This document shows, in pieces, positions 26,715 to 39,416 of a stretch of 64,000 bases of DNA. The notes under the pieces are model-generated. The model was not told the origin of the DNA and searched no databases. It was given only the letters and a program-made list of their open reading frames with translations. How positions within the stretch are numbered: position 1 is the first letter of the stretch; each line of letters starts with the position of its first letter. The DNA is taken from positions 42,904,001 to 42,968,000 of the forward strand of contig OX597817.1 of NCBI GenBank assembly GCA_951406725.2. Direction: 5' to 3'. Source of the DNA: Octopus vulgaris. Taxonomy: Eukaryota. A program made the translations under genes and the position numbers.

Positions 26715-29040
26715 GATACAGCAAAGACTGTTTGATTCCTCTGTAAGAAATAGACAAAAAAGAGAACTGTTAAAACATCTTAGAAGCTAAATTATCCACT
26801 TTATGTATGTTACTCTTAACATCTTTGAAGCAAAAGAACAAGAGGAACATTCCATTCTTTTGCTTTGTATAAATGCTATTACTGGAAAATTCTGTGCCCG
26901 AGTTAGTATTTATAGTTGTGTAACCTTTGTATATGGGGTAGTAAGACCAACTGATACAATACTAAAAAAAGAACTGAGAAACTTAAAAAAATTTTTTTTT
27001 AATCAGAGAACTTAAGAAAAGCAATCTTAAGTGTAATGGCAGAAACTTCAGTTTAAAATGCCTTTTGCATACAAGTTTAACAGTGAAATTAGTCTTATTT
27101 AAAACTGAAATTATTTGAGATCAATAGTATCATATAGTTTTAAAACCATTTAATCCAGATTAAAATTGAAGTATAATTAAGTATTCTGTCTTTGAAGGAA
27201 TTGCTTTTAGTCAAATTCACCTTGCAGTAGATAATTCTATTGACCTTATTTACTCTGATGGATTAACAGGAAAACTACAAAAAATATTTGAAAATTTTGG
27301 TGATGTGTTAAACACCACAACCTGGCTCGTGGGTGAGCTTAGAAGAGCATTCGGATAAGCTCTCCAGAACGATAACTGGTTTTACCATTTCTCCCACCAT
27401 GTCCAGTGAGAGGAAAGGAAAAGGTCGTGCATGTAGACTTCCTCCCCTGGCTAAACCACACTGAAATTTGAAAGTTTTCACTTAAGTATTGATAAATAAT
27501 TCATTATTGTTCAATAACATCGTAACTTCCTAGTACTGGTTTCTGTTGGAAATATTTTCTCCTTGACTTATAAGCATCCAGCTTCATGTGCCTCGGGATG
27601 AGGATTATTTTTTTTTTTATTGCTAAAATTTGATATATGAGACTTTGGAATTTTAGAAATGTGACACTTTAATAAAAGAAATAATAATAATATGAAAATT
27701 ATTTGCTTCTCCAAATGAAAAAAAGTCTTTGCATTATAATGCAATATGTACATGCAATTCACAATTTCAACTCTTTCACATTGACTTATGGACGAACGTT
27801 CGCAATAAACTTGAATTAAATTTTCTTGATAGAAGTAAGATTTAGTTTCTAAAAGATGTTGGGTGATAAACTCAAATATGAGATGCAATTTGCACAATGG
27901 CTGATTTATACAAAATATTTACGGATAATACTATTTATATTTTTGTATTTCATAATCATCTAGATTTCTAACTTGACAGATAGTTACCAATGAGGGGAAA
28001 AAAGATATTTCCAACATCTAAAGTTGGAAATTTATATATATATATTACATAATACAATCACATGAGAAATTAAAAATCTATAAACCACATGTGTACAAAT
28101 AGCCATGAAAAACTGAAGGTTTCCACCTGTACTTCGAAGGATAAACAAAGCGTTTATTCTACGGCATTGAGGCAGGTTAGAAAGAAAACACGCACACACA
28201 AAAAAAGGAGGGTAAATAAGCAAAGTTTTCGTCAGTCAAATGATAGAAAAGATACTGAAAATGTTAGCGGTAATTAACTTGACAACAAAGTACGTCCCGT
28301 GTTTAGTTCCAAACGTGCCCTCATTCAGAATTAAGAAACATATATAACATGCTACTATAATATATTGGCGAAATTTACACAGAATTACGATTTGGTGCTG
28401 TAAATTATTACATAATATGAATTAGTATATTTATTTTTAATCACTCAAGGTTAGTGACTGGAACAAAACAAAACAAGTGGGAACCTGAGCAAACGGTTGA
28501 TACATTCCAGACTTGGATAGTTCTTTAATAACAGTATAATAAAAGAAGGCATTTGGCAGTTATATCTAATTAGTGTCACTTTTTCAGACTTTAACCTTTT
28601 TTTTTTAACAAAGCATAAAAACAAACTAAAAAGAACAAAAACGGGGCGTGAAATTTAATATAAACAAATATTAATGAAGATTATGGGGAATAAAGAATAA
28701 AGTTATAGAATCAACTTGAATTAATTCAACAAATAGAAGCAAGGCCGTGAATAAAAATCGTAATCAATGAGAGGTTATAAACAGAAGAAGAATAAAACAC
28801 GATTCACTTGGTGGAATTTTTTTCTCTCGTAAGAATGAAGTAAAGGTCATACAACGTTGACTTTAATAACACTTAATTACATATAGTTCTTTAGACAAGG
28901 GGTTACAAAACAATTTCAAAGGTGACAATTTTGTAAAAATCCTTACTTTATGCTATTTTCAAATGATAGAAATAAAACTGTAGGTTATCTTTGGTTTGAA
29001 TTATATTTAATTTCCACTGATGCCCCTCCAGCGCCACTCA

Positions 29041-29200
29041 GGCCTGCCATTTTGAGATACATGCAAGGGAGATTACTTAAATGGGTCTTCAATGACTTAC
29101 CTCGCTTTATTAAATTATTCAATCACTTGCAAAGCCTATATAACTTTTGACAATTATTCCGAAAACTCTAGGAGAGTGGATAATTTATAAGAAAATCGTT
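29041..29200 (-). promoter_or_regulatory. Candidate non-coding first exon/promoter of the SLC25A51-like gene
   Basis: Strong minus-strand donor GAG|gtaagt at 29101/29100; YY1-like CAAAATGGC (minus strand) about 50 nt into the putative intron; acceptor at 26741 needs an upstream exon. Confidence 0.35.
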
Positions 29201-29229
29201 ATACGCATAAATTGTTTAAAATTGTATAT

Positions 29230-30003
29230 CTTAGCGGTATTTCGTCTGTCTTTACGTTCTGAGTTCAAATTCCGCCGAGGTCAACTTTGCCTTTCATCCT
29301 TTCGGGGTTGATTAAATAAGTACCAGTTACGCAATGGAGTTGATGTAATCGACTTAATCCGTTTGTCTGTCCTTGTTTGTCCCCTCTGTGTGTAGCCCTT
29401 TGTGGGTAGTAAAGAAATAGGTATTTCGTCTACCTCTACGTTCTGAGTTCAAATTCCGCCGAGGTCGACTTTGCCTTTCATCCTTTCGGGGTCGATTAAA
29501 TAAATACCAGTTACGCAGTGGAGTCGATATAATCGACTTAATCCGTTTGTCTGTCCTTGTTTGTCCCCTCTATGTGTATCCCCTTGTGGGTAGTAAAGAA
29601 ATAGGTATTTCGTCTGTCTTTACGTTCTGAGTTCAAATTCCGCCGAGGTCGACTTTACCATTCATTCTCGGGGAGTCGATAAATTAAGTACCAGTTGCGT
29701 CCTGGAGTTGATGTAATCGACTGGGCCCCCTCCCAAAAATGTTGGGCCTTATGCCTAGAGTAGAAAAGAATATTGCGTAAAGGTCAAGGCGGCGAGCTGG
29801 CAGAGACGTTAGCACACCGGGCGAAATGCTTAGCTGTATTTCGTCTGTCTTTTCGTTCTGAGCTCAAACTCTGCCGATGTCGACTTTGCCTGTCATCCTT
29901 TCAGGGTCAATAAATTAGGTACCAGTTGCGTTCTGGGGTTCATCTAATCGACTGGTCCACTCGCCCAAAATTTCAGGCCTTGTGCCTAGAGTAGAAAAGG
30001 ATA
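29230..30003 (+). mobile_element. SINE family A trimer followed by a monomer
   Basis: Three about 174-bp units ggtatttcgtct..gagttcaaattccgccgaggtc..; then a full head ggcggcgagctggcaga at about 29788. Confidence 0.88.
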
Positions 30004-31449
30004 TTGTGTAAAACCGCAAAAGTAGTTCTGAAGAAACATTTTTGTTATTTAATTTGCTCTCTCTGGACCAGCTCTTGCAGTGTGCATATTCAGAACGCCT
30101 ATGCTGCACACTTGCCACTTCGACTATCTTGAGAGGTGTTATCGATTTTTTTTTTTTTTAATCTTTACTTCTAAAAGTTAATAATCTTAACTACAGAACG
30201 AAATCTTGATACTCTGTACTATCTTTGTTTTCATATCTGAGAAAAATGCATATGGCGGCTCGATTTGAGCCCATGCTCACGGAGAATGAAAGCGTGGTTG
30301 CTCCATTAAACTATGGAGTAAAAAAATATCCATACTGCATATATGACACGAAGTGCTTGGAGATAACAGCCAAATCTCCCACAAATTACATGCTATTAAA
30401 GAAGAAAAATTACATTGGACCATGTTATAATCATCATCGTTGTCATTTAACGTCTGTTTTCCGCGCTGGCATGAGTTGGACGGTTTGACAGGAGCTGGCT
30501 AGCTGGGGAGCTGCCCAGGTTCCAATTCTCTGTTTTGGCATGGTTCCTATGGCTTGATGCCCTTCCTAACGCGAACCATATCATAGAGTGCACTGGGTGC
30601 TTTTTACATGGGACCAATACGGGCGATTTTATGTGGCACCAGCACAGGCGCTTTTACATGGAACCAACATGGGTGCTTTTATGAGCACTCATTTGGGTGC
30701 TTTTATGTGGCACTGGTACAGACGTTTTTATATGGCACTGTCACAGGTATTTTTATGTGGAACTAGCACACCTATAAACTTATTATTGTATTTAAAAATA
30801 AAGTTGAACATGTGGGACAAGGTAGTCCAAGATACAGGGCACTGAAAAGAAAAAAAAAGAAAGACCAGATCTTCTGGACCAAGGACGACCTAGTTAAACT
30901 AGCAGTTCCCAAACTAACAAATATCAACCTTACACCAAACTACAAAAATAAAAAAATAGTAACTATTTTTAGTACCACTCCATATATTAATGAAAAGACA
31001 AAATAATGTTTGCATTCATATAATACTTTCTTCAACATGGTGTTAAGCATGATTGAAAGTGTGACAATTTTTTTGAGCATTAAACAACATTTGAATTCTC
31101 AGCAATATTTGTTGTGACACTCCTTCCAGTCTGTAATAAAGTCCATAAATATCTAGAGTAGTAAAGCTCATTCTTTGGCCATGACAGATGGAATGTCCTC
31201 CTTTTAGACATGTCTGGAAATGAAAGTTTACTTCAGCATACAGGTCATTTGCTGGTAATTGAAGATGTACTGAAGTTGTACAACCCTAGATCAGCCATCC
31301 CTGAGCAAACTGGTGATCAATAGCATATTAGTTTTTCTCCTATATCTCAGTCTATATTGTTTAATGTGTCCTTCCTTTTAAAACGGTAGGTTGTGCTCTG
31401 AAGAAGTTTTGGCTTCTACTTTTAGCACATTGAGTAACAACATAGAGGT

Positions 31450-32215
31450 TCCTTCATTGAATGTGATCTGGACATTATTGTCGACAGCGATTTGCATTGG
31501 ACAAAACACATTGCTAAAATTTCCAAGAAGGCTGAAGGTGTCTTGGCATCACTTACCAAGTCCTTTGTGAGCCGCTCCCGGATATCTATAGTAGGCTTTA
31601 TATAGCTATGGTGCGGCCTCACCTGGAATTTGCATCACTGGTCTGAAACCCCTATCTTACACAGAATATTAATCGTCTGGAAACTGTTCAGCGACATGCA
31701 GCCAAGAGAATACCCTCCATCAGGCATTTGCCATATTCTGAACGCCTTACTTCCCTGGGCATGAATATATTGAAACTCCAACGTCTGGCAGCTGACTTGG
31801 CAGACACACATAAAATTATTAACCATCTTACTAACAATAACTCTGAGCACCTTTTCAAACTCCACCTGTCTAACACCCGTGGACATGTTTACAAAGTAAG
31901 AAAACAGCACAGCTCCCATGACTTTTGGAAACATTTTTTCACGCTAAGAGTTGCTGAAGTATGGAACAAACTGCCGGCATCATTTGTTAGTTGTCAGAGC
32001 ACTGCATCCTTCAAAACTTCCATGCTTCCTGAGATTTGCCAACACTACACCTGATTTTCTCCCCTCCATACACACACAAGCATGTATCTGACTCATACAC
32101 TATTCACTTCCCAGACATTTGTACATTACTGCATATGCTTTATACGCACTTCTGACAAGTTGTGGTGCACCTGAGGTCTGTATACAATAATTTCATCATT
32201 ATTATTATTATTATT
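31450..32215 (+). mobile_element. CR1-type LINE 3' fragment
   Basis: Degenerate RT C-terminus VRPHLEFAS..WNP, YSERLTSLG, NTRGHVYK..FFTLRVAEVWNKLP, then 3' UTR and (ATT)n tail. Confidence 0.85.
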
Positions 32216-32454
32216 ATTGATTTCAGCTGTGTAATTTCTTTCTGTAGCCACAAGAAGAACAATGGCACAGACATTACAATAAAATTTTGGAATACAAAAA
32301 TCATATAGTAAGCATTCATTAAGTATGTTTGTATTCATGGTGACATGTTTAATGAAATTAGGTGGAGGTAGGTGTATGGTTACTTTCCACCTGCTTGCAA
32401 TCTTCTTGCCTAAAGCTTGTTGTTGCTGCTTTTGTTTGTTTGTTTGTTGAGCGA

Positions 32455-32758
32455 AGTGGTCTTCATCCCAGTGGGAGAAGTTCGAAACGTGATCCTTTGC
32501 TATTTGTAAGAATGCGCATCCAGAATGGATGAATGCACATCCAGGCTCAAGAAGTCGGGGACAAGAAACAGGAAGAAAGAGTTAGAGAAAGTTGGAGCAA
32601 AAGAGTACAACAGGGGTCGCCACCACCCCCTGCTGGAGCCTCATGGAGCTTTAGGTGTTTTCGCTCAATAAACACACACAACGCCCAGACTGGGAATCGA
32701 AACTGTGATCCTCTGACCGCGAGTCTGCTGCCCTAACCATTGGGCCATTGCACCTCCT
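32455..32758 (-). mobile_element. tRNA-derived SINE (additional family)
   Basis: Minus strand ggaggtgcaatggcccaatggttaggg (A box) and gtttcgattccc (B box), (AAAC)n-like tail. Confidence 0.65.
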
Positions 32759-34196
32759 GTTGTTGCTGCTACTGATTAATCTCTGTGATGAAATGGAAAG
32801 CTTTCCATACAAATATATAGCTTATCCCTTACTCAACAAAACCTTTTCATAGCAACTTGTATTAACTGATTGCATTGTAGGGCTCTTAAAAGAGAGGAGT
32901 TACCTAAGGCATGAAATGATGAAACCAGGAGTATATACCTCATCACTAGAAAGTTACAAACATTAGCACTATCTATCAAAACAAGGCTTAGTCCAATATT
33001 AGTAGTAAAGTACTTCTATTCATTACTAGGAAAGTCCTGGCTAAGGTTATACTCAAAAGACTAATAAATATAAGATAACATCACGACAGAGGTAAAGTCA
33101 GATTTGTTTTTTGTGACAAGGAAGAAATGCAGGGAGCAACAGCAGAGCCCATTCAATGTTGTAAGTTTGTCAAATGCTTTCAATACTGTCAGCAGTGAAT
33201 TGTGAAGTATTCTCATAAAGTAAAAACAGTATGATGTTGAGCAATATTGAAAAGGGAGTAATTTTTTTGACATCTTTTCAATGTTCCACCCTCTTCCCAC
33301 AAAAGCCACTGCAGTAAACATCTGAGTTCTCAGCAGTATTTGTTGTGACATTTTTCCAAACAGGTTGTAATAAAGTCCATAAATATATAGAGTGGTAAAA
33401 CTTAGGTCCTGACAGATGGAATGCCCACCTGTTAGACATGTCTGGAATTGAAGGCAGACTTAAATACATTTCACTTCAACCCTATTCATTTTATAGTAAA
33501 AACAGTATTAGTCAATAACTAATATTCAGCAGGTATAGTGAAGTTTATGCTTCACTAATGAGGCCATAATAAAACTGAAACATGCTCAGAGTTGTCTTCT
33601 GTAGTCGCCATATTAATCATTGAATAATGTTGCTTTTCTTACCCCTGCAAAATTGTGTGTGGTTAGCTTTTTAATGTTCATTATATTAAACAGATTAGCA
33701 CTAACTTAACTATATGGATGGCATCTCAGAGTCATTATTCTCTAAATAATATCACATGATAGAAGTAGCAGCCAAGTATCCCTGAATTTACATCCTACTG
33801 TCTTAAATCAAGAAGAATACATAAAAGAAATACAATCACTTATATTTCTACTAGCATATTAGTGCTAGTATAAATCTATTAACATATATCTGTCATGCTA
33901 CTGCAGGCAAAGCTTTTCCCTTGAAGTAGACTGTTGCCAAAACAAAGCTTTGCAAGTATTACAATCCTGGATTTGGTCATTCTGTAACATATACTCTTTT
34001 ACTCTTTTACTTGTTTCAGTCATTTGATTGCAGCCATGCTGGAGAACTGCCTTTAGTCAAGCAAATTGACCCCAGGACTTATTCTTTGTAAGCCTAGTAC
34101 TTATTCTATCAGTCTCTTTTGCCAAACTGCTATGTTACAGGGATGCAAACACACCAGCATCGGTTGTCAAGCGAAGTTGAGAGGACAAACATAGAC

Positions 34197-34245
<49 letters not shown>

Positions 34246-34307
34246 TATATACACATATATATATATATACATATATATATACACATATATATATATATAC
34301 ATATATA

Positions 34308-34376
<69 letters not shown>

Positions 34377-34824
34377 TGAGGGCACGTAACAAACACCATC
34401 CGAGCGTGGCCGTTCGCCAGCCTCGTCTGGCACCTGTGTCGGTGACACATAAGAAAACACCATCCGAGCGTGGCCGTCTGCCAGCCTCGTCTGGCACCTG
34501 TGTCGGTGGCACATAAAAAACACCATCCGAGCATGGCCGTCTGCCAGCCCCGTCTGGCACCTGTGTCGGTGGCACATAAAATCACCCACTACACTCTCGG
34601 AGTGGTTGGCGTTAGGAAGGGCATCCAGCTGTAGAAACACTGCCAGATCTGACTGGCCTGGTGCAGCCTTCGGGCTTGCCAGACCCCAGTTGAACCGTCC
34701 AACCCATGCTAGCATGGAAAGCGGACGTTAAACGATGATGATGATGATGATGATATATATATACATATATATATACGACGGGCTTCTTTCAGTTTCTGTC
34801 TACCAAATCCACTCACAAGGCTTT

Positions 34825-35050
34825 GTACCCAACTTCATTATGCAGCAAGACAGGGCCTCAACATATTGGCATAGACAAGTACATGATTACCTCATCCAGC
34901 ATCTTCGAGAATGCTGGATTGGCTGTGCTTGAGGTGAATGATTTTCCATTGATAGTCTGGCACCCCTCCAGGTCCCCTGACCTGACGACTTATGAATTTT
35001 TTCTTTGGAGATATCTGAAAGACATGATGTTCATACCCCTCATTTCCACA
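34825..35050 (+). mobile_element. Tc1/mariner transposase fragment, frameshifted
   Basis: FIMQQDRASTYWHRQVHDYL..WIG and WHPSRSPDLTTYEFFLWRYLKD resemble QQDGAP.H and WPPRSPDLTP.DFFLWGYLK motifs. Confidence 0.75.
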
Positions 35051-35104
35051 GAAGTTGAAGGTAGGTAAAAAGGTAAAGGTTACCTACTCGAGTCATGCTG
35101 ACTC

Positions 35105-35760
35105 ATCACTCACCAAGTCCTTTGTGAGCCGCTCTCCGGCTATCTATCTGAGGCTTTATATAGCTATGGTGCAGCCTCACCTGGAATTTGCATCACCAGT
35201 CTGGAACCCCTATCTTGTCCAGGATATTAATCGTCTGGAAGCCGTTCAGCGATATGCAACCAAGAGAATACCCTCCATCAGGCATTTACCATATTCTGAA
35301 CGCCTTACTTCCCTGGGCATGGATACATTGAAACTCCAACATCTGGCAGCTGACTTGGCAGACACCCATAAAATTATTAACCATCTTACAAACAATAACT
35401 CTGAGCACTTTTTCAAACTCCACCTGTCTAACACCCGTGGACATGTTTACTAAGTCAGAAAACAGCACAGCTTCCGTGGCTTTCAGAAACATTTTTTCAC
35501 GCTAAGAGTTGCTGAAGCATGGAACAAACTACCAGCATCAGTTGTTAGTTGTTGGAGCACTGCATCCTTCAAAACTTCCATGCTTCCTGTGATTCGCCAA
35601 CACTACACCTGATTTTCTCCCCTCCATACACACGCAAGCATGTATCTGACTCATACACTGTTCACTTCCCAGACATTTGTACATTACTGCATATGCTTTA
35701 TGTGCACTTTTGACAAGTTGTGGTGCACCTGAGCACTGTATACAATAATTTCATTATATT
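35105..35760 (+). mobile_element. CR1-type LINE 3' fragment
   Basis: LYIAMVQPHLEFASPVWNPYLVQDINRLEAVQRYATKRI; near-identical to 31450-32215; shorter copies at about 15500-15620 and 50220-50620. Confidence 0.88.
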
Positions 35761-36195
35761 ATGTTATATTATTATATTAAATTATATTATAAGGGCTTGT
35801 TTTCCTGTTTCCATGCTGTATAAATTCTCCACCTGGACCAGATGCTGGTCTGTCACAGGATTACTAAGTTTTGCCAGCTGAGTGCACTGGAGAATGTGAA
35901 ATAAAATGTTTTTGCTCAAGAACACAATGCATTGCCCAGTCCAGGAATCGAAACCACAATCTTACAATCGTAAGTCAAACACCCTATCCACAAAGCCACA
36001 TGCTTCCACTGAGCAGATAGGTGATGCAGTGAATTCAATTAATCATACAATGCTGCCGAGAGTGTGGTAAGAACCAGACCATCATGTAGACAGTTGCTGT
36101 GTTGCAAAGAACACCCACATTGAACATCTCTGAATGTCAGAAGAAACTTGAAGAGTTAACCTTTCATGTTACATCTTTATTTTTGCAACATACTC

Positions 36196-36260
<65 letters not shown>

Positions 36261-36383
36261 CATTACAACATTCACATGTATGTTTTCTTTTTGTACTATT
36301 CATTTAAAAATTACTCTCATGTATGTGTGTATGTGTGTGTGTGTATATACATATATATATATATATTATAATAATATATAATA

Positions 36384-36434
<51 letters not shown>

Positions 36435-36496
36435 GGGTATAATTAATAATTTTACCAAGTAGTTTGGTATGTTAAAAGAACCATTATCGGTAAACT

Positions 36497-36676
36497 TGTA
36501 TAAAAATTTTATAATTATAAGCATAATTATAATTAGGGTTCAGCAAAATTGCTTCACCACATACTGAAATTTAGAAATAGCAGCTAAATATTATTCCACT
36601 ACCATAAGATATCTCCCAGACAGCAATACTCCTGAACCCTAATTATAATTATGCTTATAATTGTAAAATTTTTATA
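36497..36676. repeat. Inverted repeat, about 45-bp arms
   Basis: tataaaaattttataattataagcataattataattagggttcag ... ctgaaccctaattataattatgcttataattgtaaaatttttata. Confidence 0.85.
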
Positions 36677-38145
36677 TATATATATGTATGTATACATGTG
36701 CATGCACACATACACACACACAAACACACACATCAGGTTGAACCGTTAATCCCTACATTTTTCCCCTCAATCCTTTCTGTTGAAAAGCATAGTCTTGAAA
36801 TGTCAAAGACTTTTCCATTCTCCCTGAGTGTCAACCTAGTACACCTGCTTGTTGCTCCTTCACCTGTCTTTGTCTCAAGCTCACTTGAGTATTCAGTTTT
36901 AAGTACTTTGTAATGTTTCAAGTATTACAAAAAATATAAACAGGTGCAGCAACAGGTAAAAGTGCCTATCCGGTGCCATGTACAAAAGCCTGTACACTGC
37001 CATATAAAAGCACCTGTGCGGTGCCGCATGAAGGCACCCAGCACACTTTGTAAAGTGGTTGGTGTTAGGATGGAGATAGGAAAAGATAAGAGGGATAGAG
37101 GCTGAGATAGCGGGCAAGTTTGCAAGGATGTGAGGTAAGTGACAGATGGTTAGATGATGGGAATGTAGGGATGTAGGTGATACAGGGAATGGCAAACAGG
37201 TGGGTGGGGGGAACATGATCAATGGTAAAAATCAGTTTGAGGAAGGTGAAGGAAATGGGAGTGGGCTGGGGAGGAGGAGGTGATAAGTAACTAAAACAGA
37301 GGGGTAGGGGGCAGAGTGAAGGGCATAGATGAGGGAGAGGATGCTCATTGAGAAGGGCAGAGGGCTGAGGTATATAGGAGTGAAGGAAAGGCATCCAGTC
37401 ATAAATATTATGCCAAAGCAGACCTCACTGATGTTGATGCCACATAAAAAGCACCCAGTAAGGCAGCAAGCTGGCAGAAACATTAGCACACCAGATGAAA
37501 TTCTTAGCGATATTTCATCTGTCTTTACATTCTGAGTTCAAATTCCGCCGAAGTCGACTTTGCCTTTCATCCTTTCAGGGTCAATAAATTAAGTACCTGT
37601 TGCAAACTGGAGTCAATTTCAGGCTTTGTGCCTAGAGTAGAATAGACTAGAAAAAGCACCCAGTTTACTCTGTAAAGTGGTTGGCATTAGGAAGGGCATC
37701 TGGCTGTAAAAACCATGCCAAAACAGACAGTGAGATTTGGTGAGGACCTCTGGCTTGCCAGCACCTGTCAAACCATCAAAAATGCAAAAGTGGGCATCCT
37801 TTTAATATAACTTACAAGTCATTCAATCTACCTGTGTCAGTAGAGTAACTGGTTTTTCCTATTCTTCATTGCTGGCAAATAAGGTTCAAAACAGAAACAT
37901 GCTGTCATTCAGTTCTTGATAAAGGAAGTGAACAGGATGTCAGACATTCTTCAGCATACTGGAGTAAGATCATTTCCCAGACAGAAGCAGAGTCCTGTTT
38001 CCTTTCCTACTTACTGATATTGTTTGTCTTTGATAAGGTCATATTGAGGTTTCTTAATTCAAAGTTTTTGCTTTCACATCAAGAATTTCTTTTCTAATTT
38101 TACAACAGATTCAGCAATAACAACTAGGTCATCAGCGTATAGGAG

Positions 38146-38296
38146 CACTAGTGTAGCCAGAGTGTGTGCCACCCAGGGCGGCACTTCCATTTGCTGCCCC
38201 AGACCCCCACAAAAAACACATATTGCCTACAGCAGACCCAAAGTGCCACCCAGGGTGGACTGCCCCTGCCACTCCACCTCCCTAGCTATGCTAGTG
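38146..38296. mobile_element. hAT-like MITE (151 bp)
   Basis: Perfect 8-bp TSD TATAGGAG (38138-38145 and 38297-38304); imperfect TIRs cactagtgtagccag / ctagctatgctagtg. Confidence 0.8.
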
Positions 38297-38840
38297 TATA
38301 GGAGTTACCAGAGGCAGCTGGTCTTAAAGTTTTGTTATGGTCTGGAGGACAATGATAAATAGGAAACTGAGAACTGAATCCTGGTGGATGTGTGTGTGTG
38401 TGTGTATGTGCGTGTGTGTGCATGTCCATCTTCAAAGGGATGTATGGAATACGATATCCTTTACTTGAAAAACATGAAGTAAGTAACAGGAAAAGCATCA
38501 GTCTGTAAAACAATGCTTCAATACTACATTTATCCAATCCATGCTAACATGAAAAAAAAATTAATTTAAAAACAAATGAAATAAAATACTTTTATCTAAG
38601 AGAAAGATCTCTCATTCAATCTCTTCCAAAAATCTCACCTCTTTTCAACTCCAACCTAATCAGATAACTTAGATAACTTAAATATGTTTCAGCCAAAGAC
38701 AGGCCCAGGCCATGTCTAACTTAATAGCACCACCTGATGGAATCTGGTAAGTAATTTTTAAGAAAAGCTTTGTGGTACTATGGCCCATTGAAGTAGGGAA
38801 TTGTTGTTGACTGAGATGTGTCTGGGTATAGACGCTTATC

Positions 38841-39416
38841 CAGCTCCATTGCATGACTTTTAGAGGACCCCTGAAACTTTTTGTTCTGAGGCCTCATCTC
38901 TTCAATCAAAATTTATAATCTATACACCTTTATTCATAGCTATATTTTATTTTATTCTATCTGAAGTTCAATATTTCACATTAACAATTTAAATTTATTT
39001 AGGTCTATTATAAATTTCAATATGTAAAACTTCCAGATATGAATAAAAGACACATTTATAATTCAGGCAACTTTCAAGGACAAACATGGAGCACTTTTCA
39101 TTTTGCAAAATCATTGATCAGTTCAGAATAATGAAGCTGAGAGCTAAGTTTGTGTTCAATAGATATCATTGGCAATCAACAAAGTCTGGTACACGTCTGT
39201 GGTGCAATGTAATATTTTTACAAGAACTTTTGCAGGTACAATGTATTACAATTTTATTTCTTGAAATTTTCAGTTAACATAGTTTAATTCTTGTTCAACA
39301 TCTTAATCAAAGTAAAAACATGACTCCTCTATGTACTTTGATCTTAACATGGGGGCCCCTCGACTGTGGAGGCCCCCTGTGACCGCAGGGGTTGCAGGAG
39401 CTTAGCGACGGCCCTG
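38841..39416. mobile_element. hAT-like non-autonomous DNA transposon inserted in a degenerate LINE fragment
   Basis: 8-bp TSD cgcttatc/tgcttatc; CAG...CTG ends; GC-rich subterminal ggcccc motifs. Confidence 0.6.

Noticed and set aside
33553-33590. ctaatgaggcc..ctgaaacatgctc hammerhead-like string
   Set aside because: Core G mutated and stem II does not pair; too degenerate to support
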